NCBI GenBank assembly: GCA_963666975.2
Contig: CAXVYR010000003.1
Location: 1,248,001-1,312,000, forward strand
Length of the DNA: 64,000 nucleotides
Reading direction: 5' to 3'
Source of the DNA: Terriglobia bacterium
GTDB taxonomy: Bacteria > Acidobacteriota > Terriglobia > 2-12-FULL-54-10
The translations under genes were made by a program, and so were the position numbers. The notes under the pieces were generated by a model. The model did no database searches and was not told the origin of the DNA. It was given only the letters and a program-made list of their open reading frames with translations. Positions 39,665 to 49,735 of the stretch are shown one piece after another. Positions within the stretch are counted from its first letter, which is position 1; each line of letters opens with the position of its first letter.

Positions 39665-42637
39665 ATGACTGATTCTTTACACAGGCGCGACTTCCTCAAA
39701 CTGGCGGGACTGGCAGGTGTCGCCGGCGCTGTGGGATGCGGAGAGCAGCCGGTCCGCAGTTTGATTCCCCTTATGGTTCCATCCGAGGATATCCACACGG
39801 GCGTGGCCACATGGTACGCGACTACCTGCCGCGAGTGCCCGGCTGGCTGTGGCATGACGGTGCGGACACGGGAAGGCCGCGCCACCAAAGTGGAAGGGAA
39901 TCCCCAACATCCGATCAGCAGAGGAGGATTGTGTGTCCGGGGACAGGCCTCCCTGCAAGGGCTCTATAACCCCGACCGCATTCCGCAACCGTTCCGGCGG
40001 GACACCGGCGGGGCAACCCAAAACATTGGCTGGGAAGAGGCCGAAGAACAGCTTCGGGAGAGGATCGGCGCTCTGCTAGAGGCTGGCGAGGGAGACAAGA
40101 TTGTCTTTTTGAGCGGCACAAATGGAGAGAGCTTCCACCGACTGGCCGGCCGGTGGCTCGGCGCTTTGGGATCGGACCGTCATCTAGTTTACGAAGCCTT
40201 TTCAGCAGCGCCCATCCTGGAAGCCAACGAAATCACATTCGGCGCAAGGGCGCTCCCCTCCTACAACATCGCGGAGGCTGATTACATCGTCAGCTTCGGA
40301 GCGGATTTCCTTGAAACCTGGCTGTCGCCCGTCGGTTTTTCGCGAGACTTTGCTCAGATGCATGCCTACCGAGACGGCCAGATGGGAAAGCTTGTTCAGG
40401 TGGAGCCGCGTCTCTCCCTGACCGGCGCGAATGCCGACGAGTGGATTTCCATAAAACCAGGGACGGACATGTTTCTGGCGCTGGGCATGGCCTACATTAT
40501 CGTCACGCAGCAACTGGGCGTCTCGCTCAGCCGTGGTGAGGCACAGAGTTTAGAAAACCTGCTGGCCTCCTATGCACCGGACTCCGTGGCTTCGATAACA
40601 GAAGTGCCCGCTGAAACGATTGAACGCATGGCGAGAGAGTTCGCCGGTGCAAGCGCGGGGCTGGCATTGGGAGGCGGAGTGGCTGCGACCGGAGAAAACG
40701 CCACCGCTACGCTGGTGGCCATCAATCTGCTGAATTATGTCACGGGGCGAATCGGACAGACGATCCGGTTTGACAAGCCTCTCCATTCGGCGGAAAGCGC
40801 AGGACTGAACTCGCTTGCCGAACTGGTCGAATCCATGAATCAGGGCGATGTAAAACTCCTTCTCGTCCACCAAACGAACCCTGTATATAACCTGCCTCCT
40901 GCTCTCGGCTTCGCAGAGGCCTTGCAAAAGGTCCCCTTCGTAGTCAGCTTCTCGAGCTTTGCCGACGAGACCACCGACATGGCTCACATGGCCTTGCCGG
41001 ACATGACGCCGCTGGAGCAATGGGGTGACTTCCGTCCCGCAGCGGGCGTGCATTCCCTGATGCAACCGGCCATGAACCCGGTGTTTGATTGCCGCGCCAC
41101 CGGCGACGTTTTGCTTCGGGTAGCCAAACAGTTGGGCGGGACTGTTGCCGAAGCCTTTCCCTGGGAAAGCTTCCAGGAGTATCTGAAGGAAAGGTGGCAA
41201 GAAACCTACGGCGAATCGGTCGGCGAGAACTTTGATCAGTTCTGGCGCGACGCCCTGCAACGCGGCGGCGTCTGGGACTCGTCTCCCTCTTCGGCAGAAG
41301 CAGCAGCCGGCGCAGGAAACAATCTTCGGCTGACATCAGAAGCTCTGAGTTTCACTTTTCTCCCCGCCGGATTTGCGGGCCAGGGAGAATTCTTCCTGCA
41401 CCTCTACCCTTCTATCCATTACTACGACGGGCGAGGAGCCAACCGGCCCTGGCTGCAGGAAATACCCGATCCGATCACCAACATTGTGTGGGACTCCTGG
41501 GTGGAGATCCACCCGGAAACGGCCGTGCGCATGGGCATCGTGGAAGGCGATCTGTTGCGCGTGGAATCTCCGGCAGGGTCCGTGGAGGTCCCGGCTTACC
41601 TCTACGCGGGAGTGCGTCCCGACACGGTGGCAATTCCACTGGGACAAGGCCATGAAAGCTACGGCCGGTACGCCGCAGGCTTGGGAGTAAATCCCGCCGT
41701 TCTACTTCCTGCGATCTCCGACCGCCACACGGACACAGCAGCATGGTCCTGCACCAAAGTACAACTATCGAAGACCGGCCGAAGATCCGAACTGGTGCGG
41801 ACTGATGGCTCTGTTAAAGAACTGGACCGAGGCATCTCCGAAATTATTCCCCTATCCGCCCTGACCTCAGGATCGCAGGGCGAACAGCACGGCGAGATCG
41901 CCGAACAACACGCGGAACAAAGCATGTACCCGCCCCACGAGCACATCGACTATCGCTGGGGTATGGCCATCGACCTCTCGGCATGCACCGGGTGCGGGGC
42001 TTGCGTGGCTGCATGCTACGCGGAGAACAACATTCCCGTGGTGGGCAAGCAGCAGATCGCCCAAGGACGGCACATGGCATGGATTCGGATTGAGCGTTAC
42101 TTTGAAGACATCTCCGCCGCCCCGGATGTGCGCTTTTCACCTATGCTCTGCCAGCAGTGTGACAACGCTCCCTGCGAGCCGGTGTGTCCGGTTTACGCCA
42201 CCATGCACAGCTCCGAGGGCTTGAACCTGCAAGTGTATAACCGCTGTGTGGGAACCCGATACTGTTCCAATAACTGTCCCTACAAAGTCCGTGTGTTCAA
42301 TTGGTTTGAATACGAATTCCCCGAACCGCTGCACTTGCAGTTGAACCCGGACATCGCCGTCCGCGACAAGGGCGTGATGGAAAAATGCACTTTTTGTATC
42401 CAGCGCATTCGCGAAGGCAAAGATCATGCAAAGGATGAAGGGCGATTGGTCCGGGATGGAGAAGTGAGGCCAGCCTGCGCGCAATCTTGTCCTACCCAGG
42501 CCATCGTGTTCGGTAATCTACTGGACACGGAAAGCTCCGTTTCCAGGCTGTCCCAGCGGCAGCACGGCTATCACGCCCTCGAGGAACTCAACACCAAACC
42601 GGCTATCACCTATTTGCCGAGAGTCAAACGGATTTGA
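39665..42637 (+). CDS. actB: Alternative complex III subunit B (molybdopterin-oxidoreductase-like domain fused to Fe-S domain)
   Basis: Tat motif RRDFLK, AVGC lipobox, CRECPAGC, CTGCGACVAAC, CQQCDNAPCEPVC, CVGTRYCSNNC, CTFC. Confidence 0.9.
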   Translation: MTDSLHRRDFLKLAGLAGVAGAVGCGEQPVRSLIPLMVPSEDIHTGVATWYATTCRECPAGCGMTVRTREGRATKVEGNPQHPISRGGLCVRGQASLQGLYNPDRIPQPFRRDTGGATQNIGWEEAEEQLRERIGALLEAGEGDKIVFLSGTNGESFHRLAGRWLGALGSDRHLVYEAFSAAPILEANEITFGARALPSYNIAEADYIVSFGADFLETWLSPVGFSRDFAQMHAYRDGQMGKLVQVEPRLSLTGANADEWISIKPGTDMFLALGMAYIIVTQQLGVSLSRGEAQSLENLLASYAPDSVASITEVPAETIERMAREFAGASAGLALGGGVAATGENATATLVAINLLNYVTGRIGQTIRFDKPLHSAESAGLNSLAELVESMNQGDVKLLLVHQTNPVYNLPPALGFAEALQKVPFVVSFSSFADETTDMAHMALPDMTPLEQWGDFRPAAGVHSLMQPAMNPVFDCRATGDVLLRVAKQLGGTVAEAFPWESFQEYLKERWQETYGESVGENFDQFWRDALQRGGVWDSSPSSAEAAAGAGNNLRLTSEALSFTFLPAGFAGQGEFFLHLYPSIHYYDGRGANRPWLQEIPDPITNIVWDSWVEIHPETAVRMGIVEGDLLRVESPAGSVEVPAYLYAGVRPDTVAIPLGQGHESYGRYAAGLGVNPAVLLPAISDRHTDTAAWSCTKVQLSKTGRRSELVRTDGSVKELDRGISEIIPLSALTSGSQGEQHGEIAEQHAEQSMYPPHEHIDYRWGMAIDLSACTGCGACVAACYAENNIPVVGKQQIAQGRHMAWIRIERYFEDISAAPDVRFSPMLCQQCDNAPCEPVCPVYATMHSSEGLNLQVYNRCVGTRYCSNNCPYKVRVFNWFEYEFPEPLHLQLNPDIAVRDKGVMEKCTFCIQRIREGKDHAKDEGRLVRDGEVRPACAQSCPTQAIVFGNLLDTESSVSRLSQRQHGYHALEELNTKPAITYLPRVKRI

Positions 42638-42656
42638 CAGGGCACAAAGACAAGCA

Positions 42657-44003
42657 GTGAACGCAACCAGCCAACAACCCGTGAGCTTCACGCAGATCAC
42701 CGACGACATTCTGGCGCCCATGTGGAAACCAAGCCGGGGATATTTGCTCCTGCTCTTTGCGGCTCTCTCGCTTGCGGTCGTCGGAGGGCTCTGCTGGCTT
42801 CATCAGATCAACACCGGCATGGGCGTGGCCGGAATTTCCCGGCCCGCCGGGTGGGGCATCTACATTGCGGCCTTTGTATTCTGGGTAGGCATCGCTCATT
42901 CCGGCACCCTGATCTCCGCCATCCTGTACCTGTTCCACGTTCCCTGGCGGGCCGCCATCAGCCGCACCGCCGAGGCCATGACCATCTTCGCCGTCATGAC
43001 CGCGGGACTGTTCCCGCTGATTCACATCGGCCGACCCTGGCTTTTCTACTGGCTCATTCCCTACCCCAACGAGCGGCAGTTGTGGGTGAATTTTCGCTCG
43101 CCGTTGATCTGGGACGTATTCGCCGTAGGAACCTATTTCACCATCAGCCTGGTTTTTTGGTATGTCGGAATGATTCCCGACTTGGCTGCCATTCGAGACC
43201 GGAGCACAGGCCTGAAGCGGAACATCTACGGCTTATTCGCCCTGGGATGGAGGGGTTCGGGAAACCAGTGGCGCCACTATAAAGCAGCTTATTTGCTTTT
43301 TGCCGCTCTGGCCACCCCATTAGTGATCTCCGTACACAGCGTGGTCTCCTGGGATTTTGCGATGGGAATCGTGCCGGGATGGCATAGCACCATCTTCGCG
43401 CCCTATTTTGTCGCTGGCGCAATTTTTTCGGGCTTGGCGATGGTCTGCACATTGGTCATCCCGTTGCGCCGCGCTTTTCATCTCGAAAAATACATCACGC
43501 TAAACCACTTCAACCAATTGTCCAAGCTGCTTCTGTTCACGAGCCTCATCGTGACCTACGCCTACATCACGGAATTTTTTACCGCCTGGTACACGGGCAA
43601 TCCCATTGAGCGGGATTCTTTTTATTACCGCGCTTTCGGGGATTACCAAACTTTGTTCTGGATCATGACGGTTTGCAACTGCATCGCGCCCTTGGTTCTG
43701 TTTTTCCGCAAGATGCGACAGAACCTGAAGGTTCTTTTTGTCCTGTCTCTGCTGATCAATGTCGGCATGTATCTGGAACGCTTCATCATCATCCCGGTGT
43801 CGCTCACACACGGTTTTATTCCGAACGTCTGGGGCCTGTATACTCCTTCCCTATATGAAATAGGAATTCTCGCCGGGAGCTTTGGGTTCTTCTTTTTCTT
43901 TTTCCTGCTCTTCATCAAATTTCTTCCGGTGTTGCCGATTTTTGAAATCAAGGAAGGCTTCCAGCCGCATCCGGCAAAGCAAATCCAGGAGGCCGCGTCA
44001 TGA
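42657..44003 (+). CDS. actC: Alternative complex III subunit C (NrfD/PsrC family)
   Basis: FVFWVGIAHSGTLISAIL, HIGRPW, NFRSPLIWD, VHSVVSWDFA. Confidence 0.92.
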   Translation: MNATSQQPVSFTQITDDILAPMWKPSRGYLLLLFAALSLAVVGGLCWLHQINTGMGVAGISRPAGWGIYIAAFVFWVGIAHSGTLISAILYLFHVPWRAAISRTAEAMTIFAVMTAGLFPLIHIGRPWLFYWLIPYPNERQLWVNFRSPLIWDVFAVGTYFTISLVFWYVGMIPDLAAIRDRSTGLKRNIYGLFALGWRGSGNQWRHYKAAYLLFAALATPLVISVHSVVSWDFAMGIVPGWHSTIFAPYFVAGAIFSGLAMVCTLVIPLRRAFHLEKYITLNHFNQLSKLLLFTSLIVTYAYITEFFTAWYTGNPIERDSFYYRAFGDYQTLFWIMTVCNCIAPLVLFFRKMRQNLKVLFVLSLLINVGMYLERFIIIPVSLTHGFIPNVWGLYTPSLYEIGILAGSFGFFFFFFLLFIKFLPVLPIFEIKEGFQPHPAKQIQEAAS

Positions 44004-44512
44004 GGGCAGCCGCTGGGGTGACGGGAATTTCATCGCGGGAGGAGCCTCTGGTCCAGGCGCTCGAACGCCTTCGCCAAAGAGGCTATAAAAACGTGCAAAC
44101 TTTCTCGCCCGTTCCACCGGAACAGTTAATAGAGAAACCGGAGTCGCTCAAAAGCCCAGTGCGTGCATACACGCTGACCGGGGGAATCCTGGGCTTTATC
44201 TCCGGATTAGCTCTGACGATCTGGACCTCTCTGGACTGGCCCTTACGGACCGGGGCAAAACCGATTGCCTCGATCCCCCCTTTTCTGGTGATCGCCTTCG
44301 AGTTGACCATCTTGTTCGGAGGCTTGTTCACCTTGGCGGGCCTTCTAATCCATGCGCGCCTGCCGCAGACGGCTCCCGAGCCAGGCTACCACGCGCGTTT
44401 TTCCGTGGATCAGTTCGGAGTATTCGTCCCTTGCGAGAACGGGCAGATCGAAGAGGTAAAGCAGTTGTTCCATGCCGCAGGAGTTGAGGAGGTGTCCGTT
44501 GAGACCGCGTAA
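44000..44512 (+). CDS. actD: Alternative complex III subunit D (DUF3341)
   Basis: FSPVP, WPLRTGAKP, FELTILF. Confidence 0.88.
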   Translation: MRAAAGVTGISSREEPLVQALERLRQRGYKNVQTFSPVPPEQLIEKPESLKSPVRAYTLTGGILGFISGLALTIWTSLDWPLRTGAKPIASIPPFLVIAFELTILFGGLFTLAGLLIHARLPQTAPEPGYHARFSVDQFGVFVPCENGQIEEVKQLFHAAGVEEVSVETA

Positions 44513-45002
44513 CGTGCTACTCCTCGCAGGCATAGCGATTGCCGGCGTAGCAGCAAGCTACGGGGCTTTGATGGTCGGGTGGGAATGGTATCAAGGCCTG
44601 GTCCTTCCGCGCGAGGTCAAACCGCTCGCGGGATCTTTCAGCTGGTCTTCGCCCGCCGGGACCGTCCCAACAGGAGAAGCGGAACCTCCTCTGGCAAGAC
44701 GCGAAGCTGCCAATTTGCTCGAAAATCCCAACCCGGCAACGCCGGCATCCATCGCAACGGGCAAGGAAATGTTTGAAACCTATTGCGTGTTGTGCCATGG
44801 CAATGGCGGGCATGGCGATGGTCCCGTGTCAGAAAAATTTTTGAAACCCCCTGACCTGCCTTCCATTTTGGGAAGACGCAGCGACGGCTATCTCTACGCG
44901 ACAATTCGCAACGGTGGCGTTGTCATGCCGCCTCACGGGTACCGCATCCCGCCTGCAGAACGCTGGGACCTGGTGAATTACTTGCGGAGCATCCAAGAAT
45001 GA
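44499..45002 (+). CDS. actE: Alternative complex III subunit E, monoheme cytochrome c
   Basis: GAGGAGG RBS plus TTG start, PAGTVP, CVLCH, MP, ERW..V.Y.R. Confidence 0.85.
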   Translation: MRPRNVLLLAGIAIAGVAASYGALMVGWEWYQGLVLPREVKPLAGSFSWSSPAGTVPTGEAEPPLARREAANLLENPNPATPASIATGKEMFETYCVLCHGNGGHGDGPVSEKFLKPPDLPSILGRRSDGYLYATIRNGGVVMPPHGYRIPPAERWDLVNYLRSIQE

Positions 45003-46216
45003 TGACCGATCTTCCGCTCACAGACCGTCTACTAGAGGAAGCCGCGTGGCCAAAGCCGAGGCCGCTCGGCAAGGGAATCCTTCCATTGTTGGCGCTGCTG
45101 GCTGCGGCGGGCGCCATCGCATTTTTTCTTCTGCTCACCGGAGGCAACCCGGTCCGCGCCTGGCAAATTTTCCTGGTGAATTTTCTGTTCTGGTCCGGCG
45201 TAGCCGTAGCCGGAGTTGTTCTGGCAGCGATCTTTCAAGTCACCAACGCGCGCTGGGCAAGGCCGGTTAAACGGTTGGCGGAGGCCTGCGCAGCTTATTT
45301 ACCGGTCTCTTTCCTCCTTTTCCTGTGCATCTGGTTTGGCCGCCGCAGTTTGTTTGCCTGGATCGATCAGCCGCCAGCGGCCATTGCAGCTTGGTTGAAC
45401 ATCTCCTTTTTCTTCCTGCGGGAAGCAGCAGGATTGCTGGTTCTCTATGGCATGAGCTTGCTGTTCTTCTATCGCTCCGTGCGGCAGGACTCCCTTGCGC
45501 TGGCGCACCGGCAAGCGGGAGATTCGCCAGGGACTGACGTCGATGCAGGTTTCCTCCAGAAGCTCGGCGTGGCCCTGCTGCTTCTGTACTCGTTTGTTTA
45601 TTCGATGGTAGCCTGGGACTTTGTCATGTCGCTCGACCCAAGATGGTCGTCCACTCTATTCGGCGGCTTCTATTTTATCGGCAACCTCTATCTGGGACTC
45701 GCGGCAGTCACCGTCTTCACGCTGTATGCCCGCTGGCGTTACCAGTTGGAGAAGATCATTGATTCCCGAATTCTCCATAACCTGGGCAAACTGCTTTTTG
45801 CTTTTTCTCTATTGTGGACCTACCTGTTCTGGTCCCAGTATCTAGTCATTTGGTACGGTAATCTTCCTCATGAGATTGGCTTCCTCCTCCTGCGCACCGC
45901 CCAACAACCATGGAGCAGCCTGGCTATTGTGGTGCTAGCTATGAATTTTCTGGTTCCGTTTCTCGTTCTGCTGCCGCGCTCCAGGAAGGAAAGCCCCGGG
46001 ACGCTGCTGGGGGTTGCCCTAGTCATCTTTACCGGCATGTGGCTGGAGAGATATCTACTGGTTGCCCCATCCCTCGCGGCTGCCCCGGAGATTCTGCTGG
46101 GAGGGGCGGAAGCACTCATTACATTGGGCTTTCTTGCATCCTTCCTTCTAGCTTACTTGACTGTGCTTTCTAAAGTCCCTATCCTACCTGTAGGTGACTC
46201 TTTGTTTTGGAGGTAA
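44999..46216 (+). CDS. actF: Alternative complex III subunit F
   Basis: MSLDPRWSSTLFG, LGKLLFAF, SQYLVIWYGNLP; polytopic. Confidence 0.9.
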   Translation: MMTDLPLTDRLLEEAAWPKPRPLGKGILPLLALLAAAGAIAFFLLLTGGNPVRAWQIFLVNFLFWSGVAVAGVVLAAIFQVTNARWARPVKRLAEACAAYLPVSFLLFLCIWFGRRSLFAWIDQPPAAIAAWLNISFFFLREAAGLLVLYGMSLLFFYRSVRQDSLALAHRQAGDSPGTDVDAGFLQKLGVALLLLYSFVYSMVAWDFVMSLDPRWSSTLFGGFYFIGNLYLGLAAVTVFTLYARWRYQLEKIIDSRILHNLGKLLFAFSLLWTYLFWSQYLVIWYGNLPHEIGFLLLRTAQQPWSSLAIVVLAMNFLVPFLVLLPRSRKESPGTLLGVALVIFTGMWLERYLLVAPSLAAAPEILLGGAEALITLGFLASFLLAYLTVLSKVPILPVGDSLFWR

Positions 46217-46249
46217 AAGTTTCAGACATTTTTCAACTGGAGGACGAGT

Positions 46250-46657
46250 ATGAGTCTGCCGAAGCTCGGTTCGTATTTGCTTGCGCTATTTGTATTTTCT
46301 TTTTTCGTCGCGGCCACCGCGCACCCACAGGACGCTGAATCCAAGAAGAACGGCGGAGAGAAAACTGCCGCGGCCGGCACAGGTGACGCAGCAAAAGGCG
46401 AAGAGATTTTTCAGCAGAATTGCGATTTTTGTCACGATGCGAAAAGCAACGAAACAAGGGTCGGACCGGGGTTGAAGGGTGTCCTAAAAAAGCTGCCTGA
46501 AAGCCATACGACATCCGATGGAACCGAACACACAGAGCACACCGTAGCCATCGTTCGGAAGAAGATTGAAGAAGGCGGCGGCGGAATGATGGCTATGAAA
46601 GATATCCTCTCCAAAGAAGAAATTGACCACATCATGGCCTACCTACAGACCCTGTAA
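46250..46657 (+). CDS. Periplasmic monoheme cytochrome c
   Basis: GGAGG RBS, signal peptide, CDFCH, GPGLKG, GGGGMMAM. Confidence 0.9.
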   Translation: MSLPKLGSYLLALFVFSFFVAATAHPQDAESKKNGGEKTAAAGTGDAAKGEEIFQQNCDFCHDAKSNETRVGPGLKGVLKKLPESHTTSDGTEHTEHTVAIVRKKIEEGGGGMMAMKDILSKEEIDHIMAYLQTL

Positions 46658-46759
46658 ACCGCAGACCCTGTAAACCATGGAGCAGTCTTCCGAGGCCGCT
46701 CTTGCTTGAGAACCGGCAGTAAAATTCTTGATGGGGCCAGATGTGTTTGGGGCCCGGCT

Positions 46760-48211
46760 TCAAGGCATCGGCGGCCTTCGCTTGTGCCACTCGGTGGCTT
46801 GCTCATAGGCGTAACCGCACTGCAGGACGGCAGCCTCCTCAAAAGGACGCCCGACGATCTGGAGACCGGCCGGAAGCTCGTGGCCGTCATAACCGCAGCA
46901 GACCGACAAAGCCGGATGACCGCTGGCATTGAATCCCCGCAGAAGGCGGGTGGCGGCGGCGCGCGCGTCTTCTTCCTTTTCCTTCCCCTTCTCTCTGAAC
47001 ACGACCTTGGTCTCACCCACAGGAAAAGCAGTCAACGGAGTTGCGGGGGTCACCAGCAAATCCGCTTGCTCAAAGAGACGCTCAAACTGCCGGCCGAACC
47101 GGCGGCGGGTGAGCTGCGCATCGATGTATTCGGCGGCGCTCACTTCCCTGCCCTTTTCGAGCAGTATTTTCACATCCGCGCCGAAATCGCCGGAATGGGT
47201 TTCTAAATTTTTCCTGTGAACGGCTGCCGCCTCCACCCACAACGAGGTGAGGCTTGCCGCTGTCAAGTCCGCCATGCCGGGAAGTTCTACCGGAACGATC
47301 CTGGCGCCCGACTTTTCCAAAACCCCTATTGCCTGGCGCACAAGGCGCTCCACATCCGGCTGGAGGGAATCAAAAAAATAATCCTTCGGGACCCCGACCC
47401 GCACTACGCCTTCCTGGCCGCTGCCAGGTAAAGACACATTCGGGAACGAAGTGTTCCAGCGAATATTGCCCACAGGCCGGTCCACCGAAAAGTTGTCTTT
47501 GGGATCGAATCCTGCGATGGCTTGGTAAACCAGGGCCACGTCTTCCACCGTTCGCGCCAGAGGCCCCGCGTGGTCGAGCGTGTAGCCCAGAGGTAGTATC
47601 CCGTGGAGGCTTACGCGCCCGAAGGTAGGTTTCAACCCCGCGACACCACAGAAAGAGGCGGGTATGCGAATGGAGCCGCCCGTATCGGTTCCCAGCGCCG
47701 CAAACGACATCCCCGCTGCCACCGCTACGCCTGACCCGCCGCTCGATCCGCCCGAGGTGTGTTCCGGATTCCATGGATTGCGCGTGGGGCCGTAGTGAGG
47801 ATTGTCATTGGTGATGCCGTAAGCGAACTCATGCAGCGCCGTCTTTCCCACCAGCACCGCCCCGGCCTGACGAAGCCTTGCAACCACTGTTGCGTCCGAG
47901 TCCGGCACGAACTTAGCGAGTATTTTCGACCCTGCCGTCGTGCGCACGCCCCGTGTATACATCAAATCTTTTACGGCAACGGGCACGCCGTGCAGCGGCC
48001 CTCGATAGTTGCCCCGCAGAATTTCCTGCTCCGCAGCGCGAGCCTGCTCTTCCGCCAGCTCGGCGGTGACCGTCACGAAGGCATTGAGACGCGGATTCTG
48101 CTCGCGGATACGCTCCAGAACCTCCGCCGTCACCTCGATGGGCGAGACCTGTTTGCTCTGAAGGAGAGCAGAGAGTTCAACGATGCTCAGTTCGCACAAT
48201 CCTCCCGACAT
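46760..48211 (-). CDS. Amidase signature family protein
   Basis: HGVPVAVKD, GGSSGGS, GTDTGGSIRIPA. Confidence 0.93.
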   Translation of the reverse strand: MSGGLCELSIVELSALLQSKQVSPIEVTAEVLERIREQNPRLNAFVTVTAELAEEQARAAEQEILRGNYRGPLHGVPVAVKDLMYTRGVRTTAGSKILAKFVPDSDATVVARLRQAGAVLVGKTALHEFAYGITNDNPHYGPTRNPWNPEHTSGGSSGGSGVAVAAGMSFAALGTDTGGSIRIPASFCGVAGLKPTFGRVSLHGILPLGYTLDHAGPLARTVEDVALVYQAIAGFDPKDNFSVDRPVGNIRWNTSFPNVSLPGSGQEGVVRVGVPKDYFFDSLQPDVERLVRQAIGVLEKSGARIVPVELPGMADLTAASLTSLWVEAAAVHRKNLETHSGDFGADVKILLEKGREVSAAEYIDAQLTRRRFGRQFERLFEQADLLVTPATPLTAFPVGETKVVFREKGKEKEEDARAAATRLLRGFNASGHPALSVCCGYDGHELPAGLQIVGRPFEEAAVLQCGYAYEQATEWHKRRPPMP

Positions 48212-48262
48212 GGCTCCTTTTATCAGAACGCACCAAGCAAAAAGCTTTTTTCAATACTTCTT

Positions 48263-49576
48263 TTAATGTTTCGGAAATGATGCGCCCGTACGGCCCGCGA
48301 CGGCAGCCGCCCCGTCCCGTAAAAATTCCAAGGCGGCAAAACTGACCACCGATTCTTCGTCGATATTCCATTGCTCGTAGCGCAGCACATTTCCGCGCGC
48401 CTGGGGCACCACTTGCAGGAAGGTGTACAGCGGCGAATAACCGCACCAGCGCAGTTCGTCGCCCTCTGGGCCCTCTGGCCGGACCAGTTCAAAGAACCCC
48501 TCCCTGTCACCGGCACAGACGCGGTGCAGGCGTTCCTGGTCCTTCCTGCGCACAGTCTCCATGTGGTCCTGCTCGGCGCGGGCGGCAAAAGAATCCCCGT
48601 AACGTCTTCCAATATGGGCCAGATCAATTCCCAGAACCCAGAATAATCGTGAGCCTTCCCTCTCCGCAATTTCACCCAGCACCTGAAAAAAACGTTCCAC
48701 GCTCTCGCTTGATTCGGGAGCTTTCCCTGTAACTAGGCTTTCCCAAAACGGCCCGCACAGAATCGGCAGTATCCGAATTCTCGATCCCGGCGCGTGCTGG
48801 GGAGACTGCTGGAGCGCATGTTGGATCGCATGTTGGATAAAGATGCACTGGAATTCTATCGAGTGCTCGATGGCGTGACAGTAATCCTCCATTAGCACCG
48901 CTTCTCCCGCCCGTCCGGCAATCTCGTTCACCAAGTTCGTGTCCACCTCCAAAGTTCCCAAAGGCGTTATAAAAGGCTTGCGGGTTAATCCAAACTTTTC
49001 CGGAGGGCCGTAATGGGAGGTTCCGAGAAGAACAAACGTCTTTTCCGCCAACTCCGAACCCATGCGCGCATAGGCGCTGGCGTAGCTTCTCCACCCGCCC
49101 GCAGGGCTGACATGGGGCGCTGCTAGGCCGATGACTTCTGAAGAATCAGTCTTTCCTTCCACGGCTTGCAGATAATCCCCCAGCTCTTTGCGCAACTCTT
49201 CCGGCTGGATCGGGTAGGACGCGCCGGAGTGGATCGCCACGCGCTCGGCGGAATCGCGGAACTTCGCGTGGCAACTCTCCCTCAAACGGTAGAACTCTTC
49301 GGTCTCCAGAAAACCTTGTTGCTGGAGAGTTCCGACAAAGTTTTCCACCACGTCGCTGCCAACCAACTGGCCGGTTTGGCGGGACAGGTCGGTTTGCAGG
49401 TCCAGGTAGGATTTTTCTCCGTCCAGATGGGCCAGCGCCTGGATCAGCGCCGGTGGAATCAGCAGCACGGCAGGCGTGTATCGGTATGGGTCCCGAATCA
49501 GCAACCCCGGCTGCTCGGAATCCGGTGAAGGCACGACGTCAATATCGGTTCGCAGTTTCGGAAGAAGCCGGGTCAT
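48263..49576 (-). CDS. MEMO1 family (AmmeMemoRadiSam protein B-like) with N-terminal extension
   Basis: APH, LGTSHY, EHSIEFQ, DLAHIG, CG, SVVSFA. Confidence 0.85.
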   Translation of the reverse strand: MTRLLPKLRTDIDVVPSPDSEQPGLLIRDPYRYTPAVLLIPPALIQALAHLDGEKSYLDLQTDLSRQTGQLVGSDVVENFVGTLQQQGFLETEEFYRLRESCHAKFRDSAERVAIHSGASYPIQPEELRKELGDYLQAVEGKTDSSEVIGLAAPHVSPAGGWRSYASAYARMGSELAEKTFVLLGTSHYGPPEKFGLTRKPFITPLGTLEVDTNLVNEIAGRAGEAVLMEDYCHAIEHSIEFQCIFIQHAIQHALQQSPQHAPGSRIRILPILCGPFWESLVTGKAPESSESVERFFQVLGEIAEREGSRLFWVLGIDLAHIGRRYGDSFAARAEQDHMETVRRKDQERLHRVCAGDREGFFELVRPEGPEGDELRWCGYSPLYTFLQVVPQARGNVLRYEQWNIDEESVVSFAALEFLRDGAAAVAGRTGASFPKH

Positions 49577-49735
49577 GGAGCCATTGTAGCCTGAACCGGC
49601 CAGCGGACGAAGGAAGGCCGCTGTTGTCGCAGATGACAACTTCAAGATTGCTGGATGGCGGGAAGGCTGAGGCCCACGAGAGGCTGCACGCGTCCTTGTG
49701 CGTCTTTAGTCCAACAAGGGGCCCCCGCGGGAAGT

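Noticed and set aside
39665-42637. Calling ActB an active molybdoenzyme (polysulfide/tetrathionate reductase)
   Set aside because: Fused CVGTRYC Fe-S domain and the actA/C/D/E/F context define ACIII; no obvious Mo ligand or maturation chaperone.
46760-48211. Calling the amidase gatA
   Set aside because: No gatB/gatC adjacent, and HEFAYG instead of the GatA DEFAMG motif.
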